A DNA stretch of 64,000 bases from Candidatus Kaiserbacteria bacterium (lineage in GTDB: Bacteria; Patescibacteriota; Minisyncoccia; Phycocordibacterales; UBA2100), in contig JACROD010000012.1 of assembly GCA_016214605.1 (NCBI GenBank), positions 57 through 64,056 of the forward strand, read 5' to 3'. A program made the translations under genes and the position numbers. The notes beneath the pieces are model-generated. The model made no database searches. It was not told the DNA's origin and saw only the letters and a program-made list of their open reading frames with translations. Shown here in pieces: positions 38,614 to 48,143 of the stretch (position 1 is the first letter of the stretch; the number at the start of each line of letters is the position of its first letter).

Positions 38614-39351
38614 TCAAGATCCCCGGTTCAGGAGAATCGCTTTTGCAGGCCTTAGTAATTCTCCTACTGCAGAGTTGTATTCTCTTACAGAAGCGTTTCG
38701 ATTCACACTAGGCGAATCTTTCCATGTATTATAAAGTGTTCGAATCCCCGGGAATGTTCCGTTGCCAGGATAGAGACCTTGAACTATAAAATATACTGCG
38801 AATTGCTCCACTATCACCACGAATATTGGAATAATAGATTCCATAGCTTTTTCATGAGTCGCTTTTTGTTCGATAACCCTGAGAGCGAATTCCTCCATAA
38901 GATTTCCAAGAGTTGTTATATCCTGTCGAAGTTCAAGGCTATTTGTAGCGAGATATATTCTTGCCTGTTCCCTCGCAACATCGGTGTGAGTTCGTAAAAA
39001 AGTGGCTCGATCAAAGCTCTCCATTCTGGTGGAGAGGAATGTATAAGAGCCATTGGTGCCATGTGTTGCAACGATTGCACTTTGAATTTTCGAATGGAGT
39101 GGAATGATGTCATCGCGAGTGATATCTAATAATGCGCTGACGGCATCTATGCGATCTTTCCTCTTTTGATAAACATATTGATACACGGCAACAAAAGCTA
39201 ATGCGGCCAAAACTACTTGAGAGGCATATGACAAGTCTTCTAGGAGCGGTTCAAGATGATAGTAGACGGTCATCATCAGTGCAATGAAGGCCCCGATGCC
39301 AAAACCTACGAGAGTAAACACCCATTCCCTGCTTTTTATTAAAGTTTGCAT
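38614..39351 (-). CDS. Membrane-anchored hypothetical protein (DUF4760-like), AT-rich
   Basis: Two N-terminal TM helices; LGNLMEEFAL..F..I..LY..W pattern. Confidence 0.6.
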   Translation of the reverse strand: MQTLIKSREWVFTLVGFGIGAFIALMMTVYYHLEPLLEDLSYASQVVLAALAFVAVYQYVYQKRKDRIDAVSALLDITRDDIIPLHSKIQSAIVATHGTNGSYTFLSTRMESFDRATFLRTHTDVAREQARIYLATNSLELRQDITTLGNLMEEFALRVIEQKATHEKAMESIIPIFVVIVEQFAVYFIVQGLYPGNGTFPGIRTLYNTWKDSPSVNRNASVREYNSAVGELLRPAKAILLNRGS

Positions 39352-39442
39352 CCCTCTTTATAGACCCAAAATCTCCCAGAATCCAGGGGAGTCGCACTTC
39401 CCTGTTTTCCACTTTTTGCTCCGACGATTTCCTTACAACCTA

Positions 39443-40738
39443 TTAATTCGCCGGGAGGTAATTCATCGGGTTGAGGTAGCCTGAGAGTGGAGCTACCGGC
39501 ATGACGGCGTTGGCGCACGGGGTGGATTGATTGGTCGCTTGGCCGAGCTTGATGATCTGTGTCGCACTCGATACGTACACGCCAAAGTGCAGATGCGGCC
39601 CGGTGGCGTAGCCGGTCTCGCCGGTGTAGCCGATCAGGTCCCCTGTCTTCACCTCCTGTCCTTGCGAGACATTGATCTGCGAGAGGTGTGCATACATCGT
39701 ATCGAGGCCATTGGCGTGTTTGATGAGCACCCATCGTCCGAATGAATAGCATCCCTTGATCGCGTCGGTGTTGCCGGTGCCGATCACGGTGCCGGTGAGT
39801 GCTGTGTGCAGTGGCGTGCCGATCGGAGCCGCGAGGTCGATACCATTGTGGCCCTTGCCATTGTAAGCGCCTGAAGCGGCAAAGGGTGTGTTGCCGAAGT
39901 ATTGGGTGATACGCACGTTGTCGAGCGGCCATTGGAGGGTCCCCGCTCCGGCGGGCGTCACTTTGGAGAGGTCCACCGCGACGCGGAATTTTGCGTTGAG
40001 GTCGCTGAGCGCTGCTTCCATGCTCGCCTGCTGTTCTTTCTTCTTTTTGAGGAGTGCCTGGTATGCCGACTCTTGAGCCTTGGTCTGTGCGAGGAGTTCG
40101 TCCTGTGCTTTTTTGGTCGCGGTGATCGAGCCCTGCTGTGCCACGAGCGTCTTCTGCTGGTCTTCGAGGGTCTTTTTCTTTTTGTCGGTCTCGTCTTTTG
40201 CTTGCGAGAGTTTTGCTTCTTCTGCGGCGAGCTCTTCGATCTGTGCGCGGACGGCGTCTTGGATCACGGCGGTGCGATCAATCATTTTCCAGGCACTGGA
40301 AATATCCTCCGATCCGAGCACTTGTGCCGGCAGAGACCGGCGATCCTCCATATGCATGAGCCGGATCGACTCCCCGAGGCCCGCTTTGTTGTCGGCGATC
40401 GTGTGTTGGGTATCGGCGATCGTACCCTCGAGCTGCTTGAGCTGGAGCTGGGTGGTGGTGAGCTTGGTCTTGGTCGCGGTGATCGAGGCGGCAGTCTTCT
40501 TGAGCGAGACGATGATGCCGTTGAGCTTGGTTTGGAGGGTCGTCTTTTTGGCCGAGGTGGCGTCGAGCTGTGCCTGATACTGGGCGATCTCTTTGTTGAC
40601 GGCGGCGAGCTGGGAGTTTTGGTCGTCGATCTGTGTCTGTATTTCCGATGCCGTTTGCGCCGAAGCGGCAAGCGGTGTTAGGCACATGAGCACCGTCAAA
40701 AGATACGGTCCCGAGCTACGCATAAACCGACGTAGCAT
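39443..40738 (-). CDS. Coiled-coil M23 peptidase (EnvC/NlpD-like)
   Basis: Signal peptide, long coiled coil, HNGID, YAHLS, TGPHLHF. Confidence 0.92.
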   Translation of the reverse strand: MLRRFMRSSGPYLLTVLMCLTPLAASAQTASEIQTQIDDQNSQLAAVNKEIAQYQAQLDATSAKKTTLQTKLNGIIVSLKKTAASITATKTKLTTTQLQLKQLEGTIADTQHTIADNKAGLGESIRLMHMEDRRSLPAQVLGSEDISSAWKMIDRTAVIQDAVRAQIEELAAEEAKLSQAKDETDKKKKTLEDQQKTLVAQQGSITATKKAQDELLAQTKAQESAYQALLKKKKEQQASMEAALSDLNAKFRVAVDLSKVTPAGAGTLQWPLDNVRITQYFGNTPFAASGAYNGKGHNGIDLAAPIGTPLHTALTGTVIGTGNTDAIKGCYSFGRWVLIKHANGLDTMYAHLSQINVSQGQEVKTGDLIGYTGETGYATGPHLHFGVYVSSATQIIKLGQATNQSTPCANAVMPVAPLSGYLNPMNYLPAN

Positions 40739-40739
40739 A

Positions 40740-42158
40740 TTATGTGCTGAGCCCCGAAGCTTCTAAGAGGTTGTGTGCGACTTTGATGCGTGCGAGAGTC
40801 TCGGTGAGCCCGATAATAGAAATGACGGTAAAGGGATCAGGGCTGCGCTCCGCTCCCGTGAGCGCGAAGCGCAGTGGCCACAAGACCGCCCCGCGGCCGA
40901 TCTCGGTCGCATAGTCCCATATGAGGGATTTGATATTTTCAGGATCCTTGAATTGATCTTGAGAAGACTTGACAAATGTCTCTTTGACGTGTTGTAAATG
41001 TTTTACGGTATCTGTGGGGGATCCGCCTTTGAATGGGATCTTGGTCACATCGAGGATAGGCTTCTTAAAATAGTAATCAAGCTCCCCCTCCCCTACCATC
41101 GTGCGTAGATCATTCGAAGTGCTGATACGCTCGCGGATCACCGGCAAGAGCTTTTGAGCGATCGTGGCATCCATGTCTGTAATACCGCCCGCCGCCGCCC
41201 CTTCTTTCATTGAAGTTTCGGCGTGAGAGAAAGCTAAGGCGGGCAAGCGCTCGGTGAGTGCTTCTTTCAAGACCGGCATCGTATAGGTGCTGAAGTCGTC
41301 GGTGGTCATACGTAGGAGGTATTCCCTATTGAACCAACGCAACTTTTCTTCGTTGAAAATAGCGCCATGGTGCTGAATGCCGGAAAAATTAAACGCCTCG
41401 ACGAGTTGGTCTTTTGAAAAGATTTCTTGCTCGGTGCCGGGATTCCAGCCGATGAGTGCGAGGAAATTGAGCATCGACTCGGGGAGATAGCCCGCGTCGC
41501 GGTATTCGGTGAGGGCTTTGGCGCCGCGGCGCTTGGAGAGCTTGGCGCGATCGGGGCCAAGGACGATCGGCAGGTGTGCGTAGCGCGGCTCGGTGAATCC
41601 GAGTGCGCGCTGGATGAGGATTTGTCGCGGGGTGTTGGCGATGTGGTCGTCGCCGCGGACGATGTGGGTCACGCTCATTTCGCCGTCGTCTACTACGACC
41701 GCGAGGTGGAAGAGCGGCTCGTCTATATTGCGCGCGATGATGAAATCTCCGAGGTCGGTCACGTCGGTGTTGATCGGCCCGCGCACGAGATCGTCAAAAG
41801 TAATGACGCCGCCGGGATTGCGGAATCGGATCAGATCGGATTCTTTGCCTTCGGCGGAGGTCTCGTGGGATAGGTACGCATGATCGCTGTCGATGAGGCG
41901 TTTGACCGCCGCTTGGTGCTGTGCGAGGCGGTCGCTCTGACGGGCAAAAGAGTCCCAGTCGATGCCGAGCCATTGGAGCGATTCGAGGATGTTGGCTTCG
42001 TATTCGGGCTTGGAGCGCGCTTTGTCGGTGTCTTCGATGCGGAGGATGAAATGCCCCTTTTGCTGGCGCGCGAAAAGGTACGCGAAGACAGCTGTGCGGT
42101 AATTGCCGCCATGGAGAAGCCCTGTGGGGCTCGGTGCGAAGCGGGTAATAACGCTCAT
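40740..42158 (-). CDS. gltX: Glutamate--tRNA ligase
   Basis: TRFAPSPTG, RIEDTD, THIVRGDDH..NTPRQ, KLSKR, LRFALTG. Confidence 0.97.
   Translation of the reverse strand: MSVITRFAPSPTGLLHGGNYRTAVFAYLFARQQKGHFILRIEDTDKARSKPEYEANILESLQWLGIDWDSFARQSDRLAQHQAAVKRLIDSDHAYLSHETSAEGKESDLIRFRNPGGVITFDDLVRGPINTDVTDLGDFIIARNIDEPLFHLAVVVDDGEMSVTHIVRGDDHIANTPRQILIQRALGFTEPRYAHLPIVLGPDRAKLSKRRGAKALTEYRDAGYLPESMLNFLALIGWNPGTEQEIFSKDQLVEAFNFSGIQHHGAIFNEEKLRWFNREYLLRMTTDDFSTYTMPVLKEALTERLPALAFSHAETSMKEGAAAGGITDMDATIAQKLLPVIRERISTSNDLRTMVGEGELDYYFKKPILDVTKIPFKGGSPTDTVKHLQHVKETFVKSSQDQFKDPENIKSLIWDYATEIGRGAVLWPLRFALTGAERSPDPFTVISIIGLTETLARIKVAHNLLEASGLST
41188..41243. repeat. Nested palindromic element in frame inside gltX
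   Basis: CCCGCCGCCGC[CCCTTCTTTCATTGAAGTTTCGGCGTGAGAG]AAAGCTAAGGCGGG; outer part matches the reverse complement of the gyrB element at 59209-59234. Confidence 0.8.
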
Positions 42159-42194
42159 TTTTTCATTATACCGTAACCAGGAGGACTGACGAAA

Positions 42195-43337
42195 CTAGAC
42201 CGGCTCGTGCTCAATCGCGGTCTCGAGCAATATCTGCGCGATCTTTTTGGCGGCATGAGGGCGCGCGAATGCGCGCGCCGCCATACGCATGCCTTCGAGG
42301 GCGACGGAGTCGTTCATGAGACGCTCGATCTCGGCGAGTAGGAGGTGCGGTTTGAGGTTGTGTTGTTCAATCACGACGCACCCGCCAGCGCGCGCGTAGG
42401 AGAAGGCGTTGGTGGTCTGGTCGTGCGAAACATCGAGCGGTATGGGCACCAAGATCGCCGGGATGCCCCAGGCGGCGACCTCGAAGATAGTGCCCGATCC
42501 AGCGCGGGCGATCACGAGCGCTGCGAGTCCTGCCGCCATGCGCTCTGCGATCGTGTTGAGTAGGCCGAAAGCGCGGTATCGTTCTGTATAGGGAGAATCT
42601 TTGAGCACGACACCGGCGATGCCAGTGACCTCTTCGAGATTGTCGCGGCCGGTCTGGTGGATGATGTTGTACTTTTTGACCAATTCCGGCAGTGCATCGA
42701 GGATCACTTCATTGATGGCGCGTGCTCCCTGTGAACCGCCCATAATGAGGATCGTCGGGACCGAAGGGTCGAGCTTGAGGAATTCGTATCCGCCCTCTTT
42801 GGCCGGCATTTCGATCTCGGCGCGGATTGGATGTCCGATGCGGGCTATCTTTGAGCGCGTTTTCTCGGGGAAGTGTGCGGCTGCGTCCGGGTGTGCTACG
42901 GCGATCCACTTGGCGAATTTGGCCGACCAGAGCGAGACGCGGCCCGGAGTGGCGTCGGCATCATAGATGACTACGGGAATAGCTAGGATACGCGCGGCAT
43001 ACAAGACGGGAAACGCGACGAATCCTCCTGAAGAAAAGACGACATCGGGATACAGCGAGAAGAGCTGGATCGTGGATTGAATGATGCCGAAAAAGGTCTT
43101 GAAGCCGTCGAGAAAATTGAGTACGCTCGCGTAGCGCCGCATGCGTCCTGCCGAACTCACCACATGGGTGATGTCGTGCTCAAGGAGCGCGACCTTATCA
43201 AAAGGCGCTGGTCCGATGTAGTAGAGCTTCGGTTCTATCAGAGCGCGTTCTTTGGCGAGGTCTTCTACTGCTTCGGCGACCGCGATCAGCGGATAGAAGT
43301 GTCCGCCGCTGCCCCCACCTGTAAGTGCGATCTTCAT
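42195..43337 (-). CDS. murG: MurG N-acetylglucosaminyl transferase
   Basis: TGGGSGGHFYP, GGFVAFP, GGSQGA, RAGSGT, HDQTTNA. Confidence 0.95.
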   Translation of the reverse strand: MKIALTGGGSGGHFYPLIAVAEAVEDLAKERALIEPKLYYIGPAPFDKVALLEHDITHVVSSAGRMRRYASVLNFLDGFKTFFGIIQSTIQLFSLYPDVVFSSGGFVAFPVLYAARILAIPVVIYDADATPGRVSLWSAKFAKWIAVAHPDAAAHFPEKTRSKIARIGHPIRAEIEMPAKEGGYEFLKLDPSVPTILIMGGSQGARAINEVILDALPELVKKYNIIHQTGRDNLEEVTGIAGVVLKDSPYTERYRAFGLLNTIAERMAAGLAALVIARAGSGTIFEVAAWGIPAILVPIPLDVSHDQTTNAFSYARAGGCVVIEQHNLKPHLLLAEIERLMNDSVALEGMRMAARAFARPHAAKKIAQILLETAIEHEPV

Positions 43338-43382
43338 ATGCTTATTTATAATATCATGCAAAAAGTATGGCTCTCTCCGACT

Positions 43383-44492
43383 TTACACTCCTTTCTTCTG
43401 GTGCCGTGAGACATTGAGCAAGATGCCGGCTGAGGCGAGCGAGACGAGCATGGCACTGCCGCCTTGGCTGATAAAGGTGAGCGGCACGCCGGTGAGAGGA
43501 GCGATCCCGAGCATGGAAGCAATATTGATAAACGCCTCAATGACGAGATAGGTCGATATGCCGGCGGCGATCAACGTGCCAAAAAGATCGGATGCATGCG
43601 TGGCGACAAAAAATCCCCGGAGCGCGAAAGCGAGAAAAAGTCCGACGATCATGATAGTACCGATAAATCCGAGTTCTTCGCCGGCGACGGCGAAGATCGA
43701 GTCGCCCATCGGTTCCGGCAGATAGCTGAATTTTTGGATCCCCTGCCCCCATCCGCGGCCGGTGATTCCACCTGAGCCGATTGCGATCAAAGACTGCTTG
43801 ATCTGATACCCTTCCGCGTGTGCGCCCGCAGAAGGGTCGATAAAGGTCATGACGCGATCGCGCACATAAGGCCGTGTCATGACGAGTGCGCCGAGCAAAA
43901 GTATCGCGACCAAAGTCATCAGTATGATGTCTCGCATCCGTCCACCTGCCATCCAAAAGACCGAAAGCACTGCGATGCAAATGATTCCGAGCGTGCCGAG
44001 ATCGGGCTGCAACAGCAGGAGGAGGACCGGAAGCGCGAGAATACCCGCGATGCCGAGCAATCCGTGTCGCCATGTCTGTACTTTGGTGCCGATATGAGAG
44101 AAGTACGCCGCCGCCATAATGATCGCTGCGAGCTTGAGTATCTCCGATGGCTGGAGAGAGAATCTCCATATGTACAGCCATCGTTGGCCGCCGCCATGCT
44201 CTGCGCCGATATGGGGCAAAAATACCGCAGCCGTAAGCAGAAGCGCTAGAGCGAAGAAATGAGGAGCGAAGCGGCGCCATGTATGGTAATCAATGGTAGA
44301 TGTCATGATAAGGGCTATAAGTCCGAATCCCACCCCCAGCACGAGGTGGCCAAAAAGGATTGGGGAGACACTATTGCCGCTGCGTGCGAGATATCCGAAG
44401 GCGGCAGAGGCAAATATAAAACACCCGCCGATAAGAAGTATGGCGAGCAGTATGATCAGTGGGCGATCGATATGAGTTTTACGCTTGGGCAC
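43383..44492 (-). CDS. ftsW: SEDS peptidoglycan glycosyltransferase FtsW
   Basis: RW..SLQPSE, QPDLGT, GYQ..QSLIAIGSGG, LPEPMGDSIF, PLTGVPL.FISQGG. Confidence 0.93.
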   Translation of the reverse strand: MPKRKTHIDRPLIILLAILLIGGCFIFASAAFGYLARSGNSVSPILFGHLVLGVGFGLIALIMTSTIDYHTWRRFAPHFFALALLLTAAVFLPHIGAEHGGGQRWLYIWRFSLQPSEILKLAAIIMAAAYFSHIGTKVQTWRHGLLGIAGILALPVLLLLLQPDLGTLGIICIAVLSVFWMAGGRMRDIILMTLVAILLLGALVMTRPYVRDRVMTFIDPSAGAHAEGYQIKQSLIAIGSGGITGRGWGQGIQKFSYLPEPMGDSIFAVAGEELGFIGTIMIVGLFLAFALRGFFVATHASDLFGTLIAAGISTYLVIEAFINIASMLGIAPLTGVPLTFISQGGSAMLVSLASAGILLNVSRHQKKGV

Positions 44493-44506
44493 ACCCTTAT
44501 TCTACC

Positions 44507-45613
44507 CTATCCCAAAGCGGCCAGGGCGAGGATAACTCCTGCAAAAGCGAAGATCACCGAGAGTATCCAATAGCGCATGACGACCTTGTATCCGGGCCAG
44601 CCGATCGCCTCAAAATGATGATGGAGTGGCGCGACAAGGAATATCTTTTTGTGCAGGAATTTTTTGGAGAGGACCTGTGCGATATTCGACAAGACGGTGA
44701 TCACGAGCAGTCCACCGATCACCGGTAATACAGCGATCCCATATCCGCCGCCCAAGGTGTCGGTCATGAGGGCGACGACGCCGAGCGTGAGTGTGAGTGC
44801 CATCGTACCCGTATCGGTCATGTAGAATCTCGCGGGCGGTATATTGAACCAGAGGAACGCGAGGATGCCACCGACGATCGTTGCGCAAAAGGCCGCGAGA
44901 TCGTTTTGACCCTCGATATAAGCGATGATCGTGTATGAGGAAAAAATACTTGCGAAGACGCCGCCCGAGAGGCCGTCGATGCCATCGATGACGCCGGAGG
45001 CGAAAAGGGCGAGCGAGACAAGAATGAAAAACGGAATGATCAGCCAGCCGATCTCGAGCGGTGCGACGAAGGGAATGTTGATCGCGGTCACGTCGAGCTT
45101 GTCATAGAACCAGACGCCGATGATAAAAGAAAGTCCGATGACAATCCCGAGCCGCCACCTCAGCGCGAGCCCCGCCTTCGCGAGGCCAGAGCCCGCTTCG
45201 GCGTGGCGGAGGCCCGAGCCGCCGGGGCGTATCGTGAGCAAGTCATCAAAGAGGCCGGCGATAGCGCCGACGATGAGGGTCGTGAGCGGTATCCAGGTCT
45301 GACTTCGGCTCAAAAATGAAAGCATGTCTGTCTGTGGCGACGGGAAGAGTACATTAATGATCACGAGTACGAGTGTCGTGATGACCACGCTTCCCCATAT
45401 CACGACGCCGCCCATGCGCGGTGCGCGTACCTCCTGGTCCTTGTGGAGGCCGTTGAATACCTCTGCCTCTGAGCCGTCGAGCGCGATCTTGCCCGCACGC
45501 TTCTTCCAGGCTTTGTGTTTGTACAGGTAGCGGGTGACGATCGGCGTGATAAGCATGCCGATCACGAATGTCAGCGTCGCAGGTATCAGTATATAGATGA
45601 CGCCGGGCAACAT
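44507..45613 (-). CDS. mraY: Phospho-N-acetylmuramoyl-pentapeptide transferase
   Basis: PRMGG, GLFDD, DGIDGL, FNIPPARFYMTDTG, APLHHHFE. Confidence 0.95.
   Translation of the reverse strand: MLPGVIYILIPATLTFVIGMLITPIVTRYLYKHKAWKKRAGKIALDGSEAEVFNGLHKDQEVRAPRMGGVVIWGSVVITTLVLVIINVLFPSPQTDMLSFLSRSQTWIPLTTLIVGAIAGLFDDLLTIRPGGSGLRHAEAGSGLAKAGLALRWRLGIVIGLSFIIGVWFYDKLDVTAINIPFVAPLEIGWLIIPFFILVSLALFASGVIDGIDGLSGGVFASIFSSYTIIAYIEGQNDLAAFCATIVGGILAFLWFNIPPARFYMTDTGTMALTLTLGVVALMTDTLGGGYGIAVLPVIGGLLVITVLSNIAQVLSKKFLHKKIFLVAPLHHHFEAIGWPGYKVVMRYWILSVIFAFAGVILALAALG
45170..45211. repeat. 42-bp palindromic element in frame inside mraY
   Basis: CCCGCCTTCGC-GAGGCCAGAGCCC-GCTTCGGCGTGGCG; encodes LRHAEAGSGLAKAG. 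Confidence 0.75.
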
Positions 45614-45734
45614 AAAACCATTGTAACTCGGGGTGCAAAAATGACATAGTGATGGTCTTTTGCCCCTTTATCCCCAGGTAAGACACAGAAGAGGCTTTAC
45701 GAGTTCACCGCTTGCGTGTAATGGAGGTGATACC

Positions 45735-47138
45735 ATGATTCGTATGGCAAATGTGCGTGTGCCGCCGCAAGATATCGACACGGAGCGTGCCCTTTTGGGT
45801 GCGCTGATGCTCAGTCAGAGTGCGATGTATGAGGTCGCCGATGTGGTCGGTGTCGACTCTTTTTATGCGGGCAAACACCGTACGATCTTCGACGCGATGC
45901 TTGCACTTCATGGCAAGGGTGAGCCGATCGATGTGGTGACCCTCTCGGGCAAGCTCAAAGAGCGCAAACAGCTCAACGACGTGGGCGGATCGTCGTATCT
46001 CTCCGATCTGGTCAACGCATCCGCCTCTCCCGGCAGCGCGCGTCACTATGCGCAGATGGTACAGTCCAAATTCATATTGCGCAGCCTGATCGAAGCCGGG
46101 GCAAAGATCAATGAACTCGGTTTTCAAGAAGATCGCGAGATCGACACTGTACTCGATGAAGCACAGGCGGCCGTCTTTGCCGTCACGCAGTCCCCTACCC
46201 TCCAATCCTTTACTGCGATCAAGGACGAGCTGAGTGAAGCATGGGAGCGCCTAGAAAAGCTGCAAAAGCACGATGGCTCCATGCGTGGCGTGCCGACCGG
46301 CTTCCCTGCACTTGACAACATGCTCTCCGGATTCCAAAAGTCCGACCTCGTCATCTTGGCGGCCCGGCCTTCTATCGGTAAGACCTCGCTCGCGCTCGAT
46401 ATCGCGCGTCAGGCCGCGACCAAGCACAAGGTCCCGGTGGGCATCTTCTCGCTCGAAATGAGTAGCCAGCAGCTGGTCGATCGCATGCTCGCCGCACAGG
46501 CCGGGGTCAGTTCGTGGAAGCTACGCACCGGCAAAATCCGTGACCAAAGCGATTTTGAACGCCTCCAAGAAGGCATGAGTACACTCGCCGAAGCGCCGAT
46601 CTATATCGACGACAAGCCGGGAGCGACGGTCCTCACCATGCGCTCCGTGGCGCGCCGCCTCAAAATGGAAAAGGATCTCGGTCTCGTCATCATCGACTAC
46701 CTGCAGCTCATTACGCCGACCGCGGGCCGTTCGTCCGATTCGATGGTCCAGCAAGTGACCGAGATATCGCGCTCGCTCAAGGGTATGGCGCGCGAGCTTG
46801 ATGTGCCGGTGCTGGCGCTCTCGCAGCTTTCGCGCGCCGTCGAGCAGCGCGGCGGCCGACCGCGACTCTCGGATTTGCGCGATTCCGGCTCGATCGAACA
46901 AGACGCCGATGTCGTGATGTTTATTCATCGCGAAGACATGACCGGCAATCGCACCGAGGGCGAGCGCACCAACATCGCCGAGATCCTGATCGAAAAACAC
47001 CGCAACGGCCCTGTGGGCAAGATCGATCTCAAATTCGACGACGAGAAGACCTCGTTCATGTCGATCGACAAGAGCGACTTTGGAGACTTTGGCATGGTCG
47101 AGGCTCATGTCGACGCCGATGCGGGCGGACCGTTTTAA
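45735..47138 (+). CDS. dnaB: Replicative DNA helicase
   Basis: VPPQ..E..LLG, GVPTGF..LD, AARPSIGKT, IIDYLQL, LSDLRDSGSIEQDAD, KHRNGP. Confidence 0.98.
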   Translation: MIRMANVRVPPQDIDTERALLGALMLSQSAMYEVADVVGVDSFYAGKHRTIFDAMLALHGKGEPIDVVTLSGKLKERKQLNDVGGSSYLSDLVNASASPGSARHYAQMVQSKFILRSLIEAGAKINELGFQEDREIDTVLDEAQAAVFAVTQSPTLQSFTAIKDELSEAWERLEKLQKHDGSMRGVPTGFPALDNMLSGFQKSDLVILAARPSIGKTSLALDIARQAATKHKVPVGIFSLEMSSQQLVDRMLAAQAGVSSWKLRTGKIRDQSDFERLQEGMSTLAEAPIYIDDKPGATVLTMRSVARRLKMEKDLGLVIIDYLQLITPTAGRSSDSMVQQVTEISRSLKGMARELDVPVLALSQLSRAVEQRGGRPRLSDLRDSGSIEQDADVVMFIHREDMTGNRTEGERTNIAEILIEKHRNGPVGKIDLKFDDEKTSFMSIDKSDFGDFGMVEAHVDADAGGPF

Positions 47139-47140
47139 GG

Positions 47141-47217
47141 AAGTTTACAGTAGACAGTTGACAGTAAAGTCCGGAAATATTTCTTCTGTAAACTGTCCTG
47201 CTGTAAACTGTAAACTT
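47141..47217. repeat. Inverted arrays of 7-bp ACAGTNN repeats between dnaB and recR
   Basis: AAGTTT ACAGTAG ACAGTTG ACAGTAA ... CTGTAAA CTGTCCTG CTGTAAA CTGTAAA CTT. Confidence 0.8.
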
Positions 47218-47226
47218 GCACCCCCT

Positions 47227-47832
47227 ATGGATCCCATTGAACGACTCAGTACAATTTTTGAAAGATTCCCCGGTATCGGTCCGCGACAGGCGGCACGCTT
47301 TGTCCAATTCCTCCTGCGCTCATCGCCCGCGATCCGCCGCGATCTGATCGAATCCTTGCAGTGCCTCGGAGGGTCGGTCTCGCAGTGTGAAGAGTGCATG
47401 CGTTTTCATACGAGCAGAGAGAAGTTGTGCGGCATCTGTGCCAACCCTCGACGCGATCCGCAGTATCTCGCAGTGGTCGCATCCGATGCCGATCTGCTCG
47501 CGCTCGAGCGCAGCGGTACGTACCGCGGCATGTACTTCGTGATCGGCGGCACTATCTCGCTGGCTTCCGAAAAGGCCTCAGGCCTGCGCATTCCCGGGTT
47601 GCTGAATTCGATCTCTCAGCGCGTCGAAGCAGGACTCAAAGAAGTGATCCTCGCTTTTCCCGCCAATCCCGAAGGCGATGCCACGATGATCCGCTTGCGC
47701 GAAGATCTCGAGCCGCTCACGCTCGTGCATGAGCTCAAGATAAGCGCGCTGGGCCGTGGCCTCTCCACCGGCAGCGAACTCGAATACGCCGACCCCGACA
47801 CGATCCAGAGTGCTTTTGAGAGTCGGCGATAA
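47227..47832 (+). CDS. recR: Recombination mediator RecR
   Basis: FPGIGPRQAAR, C4 zinc finger, ANPEGDAT, GRGLSTGSELEYAD. Confidence 0.95.
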   Translation: MDPIERLSTIFERFPGIGPRQAARFVQFLLRSSPAIRRDLIESLQCLGGSVSQCEECMRFHTSREKLCGICANPRRDPQYLAVVASDADLLALERSGTYRGMYFVIGGTISLASEKASGLRIPGLLNSISQRVEAGLKEVILAFPANPEGDATMIRLREDLEPLTLVHELKISALGRGLSTGSELEYADPDTIQSAFESRR

Positions 47833-47850
47833 ACTTGCTACATTAGGTTA

Positions 47851-48120
47851 ATGGCGGCGATAAAGATAATCACGGTAATTTTGTCGCTCATTGTGACCGG
47901 CCTCGGTCTTACATCACAGGTTCGCAAAAATTATCTGAGAAAGAGTGTTGACGGCCTCTCCCTATTTTACTTCGTGGTTCTTGCGATATCGTATTCTTTC
48001 TGGAGCGTGTACGGTCTCTTGCAGGAAGATCCAGTGCTCATTATTCCGATGTCTTTGGGATGTTTTGTATCATGGATTGTGGTCTTTCAATTCTATCTCT
48101 ATCGAAGCACTCCCTTCTGA
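47851..48120 (+). CDS. SemiSWEET/PQ-loop-type small transporter
   Basis: Three TM helices; SQVRKNYLRKSVDGLS..WSVYG. Confidence 0.75.
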   Translation: MAAIKIITVILSLIVTGLGLTSQVRKNYLRKSVDGLSLFYFVVLAISYSFWSVYGLLQEDPVLIIPMSLGCFVSWIVVFQFYLYRSTPF

Positions 48121-48143
48121 AATCAATTTGATATACTCACGGC

